This document shows positions 63,000-64,000 of a stretch of DNA of 64,000 bases, piece after piece (the first letter of the stretch is position 1; every line of letters begins with the position of its first letter). The DNA comes from Adineta vaga (Eukaryota > Animalia > Rotifera). The stretch is from positions 496,001 to 560,000 of the forward strand of contig CP075494.1 in the NCBI GenBank assembly GCA_021613535.1. The letters run 5' to 3'. A program made the position numbers and the translations under genes. Under the pieces are notes generated by a model, which was not told the DNA's origin, ran no database searches, and worked only from the letters and a program-made list of their open reading frames with translations.

Positions 63000-63047
63000 A
63001 GGGTGTGGTTGTCTCTGCTATATTCAGACTCACACCCACACCCTCAA
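63000..63047. repeat. Telomeric-repeat palindrome between convergent genes
   Basis: agggtgtggttg ... ctcacacccacaccctcaa. Confidence 0.82.
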
Positions 63048-63156
63048 TATCTGAATTAGAATGACAATGGAATAAACCATTAAATTCATTATCAACTTAT
63101 ATAATAAAGAAATACAAATTTATATTTATCTTTATAATAAAATTTCATTTAGTTCT

Positions 63157-63934
63157 TTATTCAAAAGTAATTGACATTGTCTGTGAGACTGCACCACTTG
63201 TACTACATGTTTGACCATTAATTCCACCCCAATTTGTACTACCCAGACATGGTCTTAATACATAACCTTGTGCACAATTACAATATCCATTTGTAGTTAT
63301 CTCATAACCAGATCCACATGTTCCAACTCTCCAAGAAACTCCATTTGAAACTGTAACTAATGTTGTATTATATCTTAAAGCAATTGCAAGTGCAGTAACA
63401 ACAGTTGAATCAGTTACAGTAATACCCTCTGGATCATTTGAACCATAGATATGCATTTTCGAATAAGATGAACAATTTAAACCTACTCGAAATGTTACCC
63501 AATCTGTACATTGCGTTGTGGGAATTACACCACTTGTAAATGCTGCAGAATAAGTTCTTGTACATGCTATAACGAGAAAAAACAATGAATTATTTCAGTT
63601 GGAATTGATCGAAAGACTTACGTGATGTTGTAGTATCTAAAAATAAAAGAAAAAAAACAACAAAAGATTGAATATTATAAATTTTTGAAATTTACCAAGT
63701 ATAATAACTACAATTGGTATTATAATTGCTGCTAATACAAGAAGTGTTAAGAGAACTAATAATTGAATACATATTAATCGTGAAATTGAACATCGAGATC
63801 TTTAAAAGAGAAAAATAAATCATAAAATGAGAATAAGGAAAATAAATAAACTTTGGCTTGTTTTGTTGATTTTGATATACAATTCTCGGCTGTTCAGATA
63901 TTTGTTTAGAAGAAGTTTCACTCAATTTCGTCAT
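63157..63934 (-). CDS. Multi-exon protein with a C-terminal Cys-rich extracellular domain (GSNDP...RPC...NWGG...TC)
   Basis: The last exon (63567-63157) is protein-like and Cys-rich. There is a micro-exon near 63621-63637. The upstream exon structure is uncertain. Confidence 0.6.
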
Positions 63935-64000
63935 CTTATATAATGTATTGTTTATTAGTGTAAAAGTAAAAATGAACGAAGTAGTCGAAAACTTTTTTTC

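Noticed and set aside
209-63047. CRISPR-like reading of the conserved arms with variable spacers
   Set aside because: The arms are inverted and dispersed, not a tandem direct-repeat array. There are no cas genes and the context is eukaryotic.

Overview
AT-rich eukaryotic DNA with short GT-AG introns. It is most likely from a bdelloid rotifer (inference from NHL/GPCR/Kelch family content, HGT-like genes, an Athena-like RT and TGTGGG/TGAGGG repeats). The window holds a ~9.7 kb direct segmental duplication (1-~9680 and 45013-~54680). Each copy carries a 7-exon gene: signal peptide, three 888-nt NHL cassette exons, two PPC-like domains and a 7TM receptor. Other genes are a HEPN-TPR-SEL1-MYND protein, a VIT-vWA protein, a bacterial-type EEP, a TM-Kelch protein, GPCRs, a duplicated small Cys-rich surface protein, a PTP, DUR3, a gene made of three spliced 2-TM modules, and an NHL surface protein. 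There are also several pseudogenes and many transposon relics (Penelope/Athena-like RT, CACTA-like, piggyBac, Tc1, HINE-like, a tRNA-containing LTR-like element). The main unexplained signal is a dispersed family of about 20 short palindromes, TCTTGAGGG(TGTGGG)n - variable spacer - (CCCACA)nCCCTCAAGA. They are built from telomere-type repeats in head-to-head polarity, lie in most intergenic intervals, and sit at several rearrangement junctions. All alignments and splice models were made by eye.
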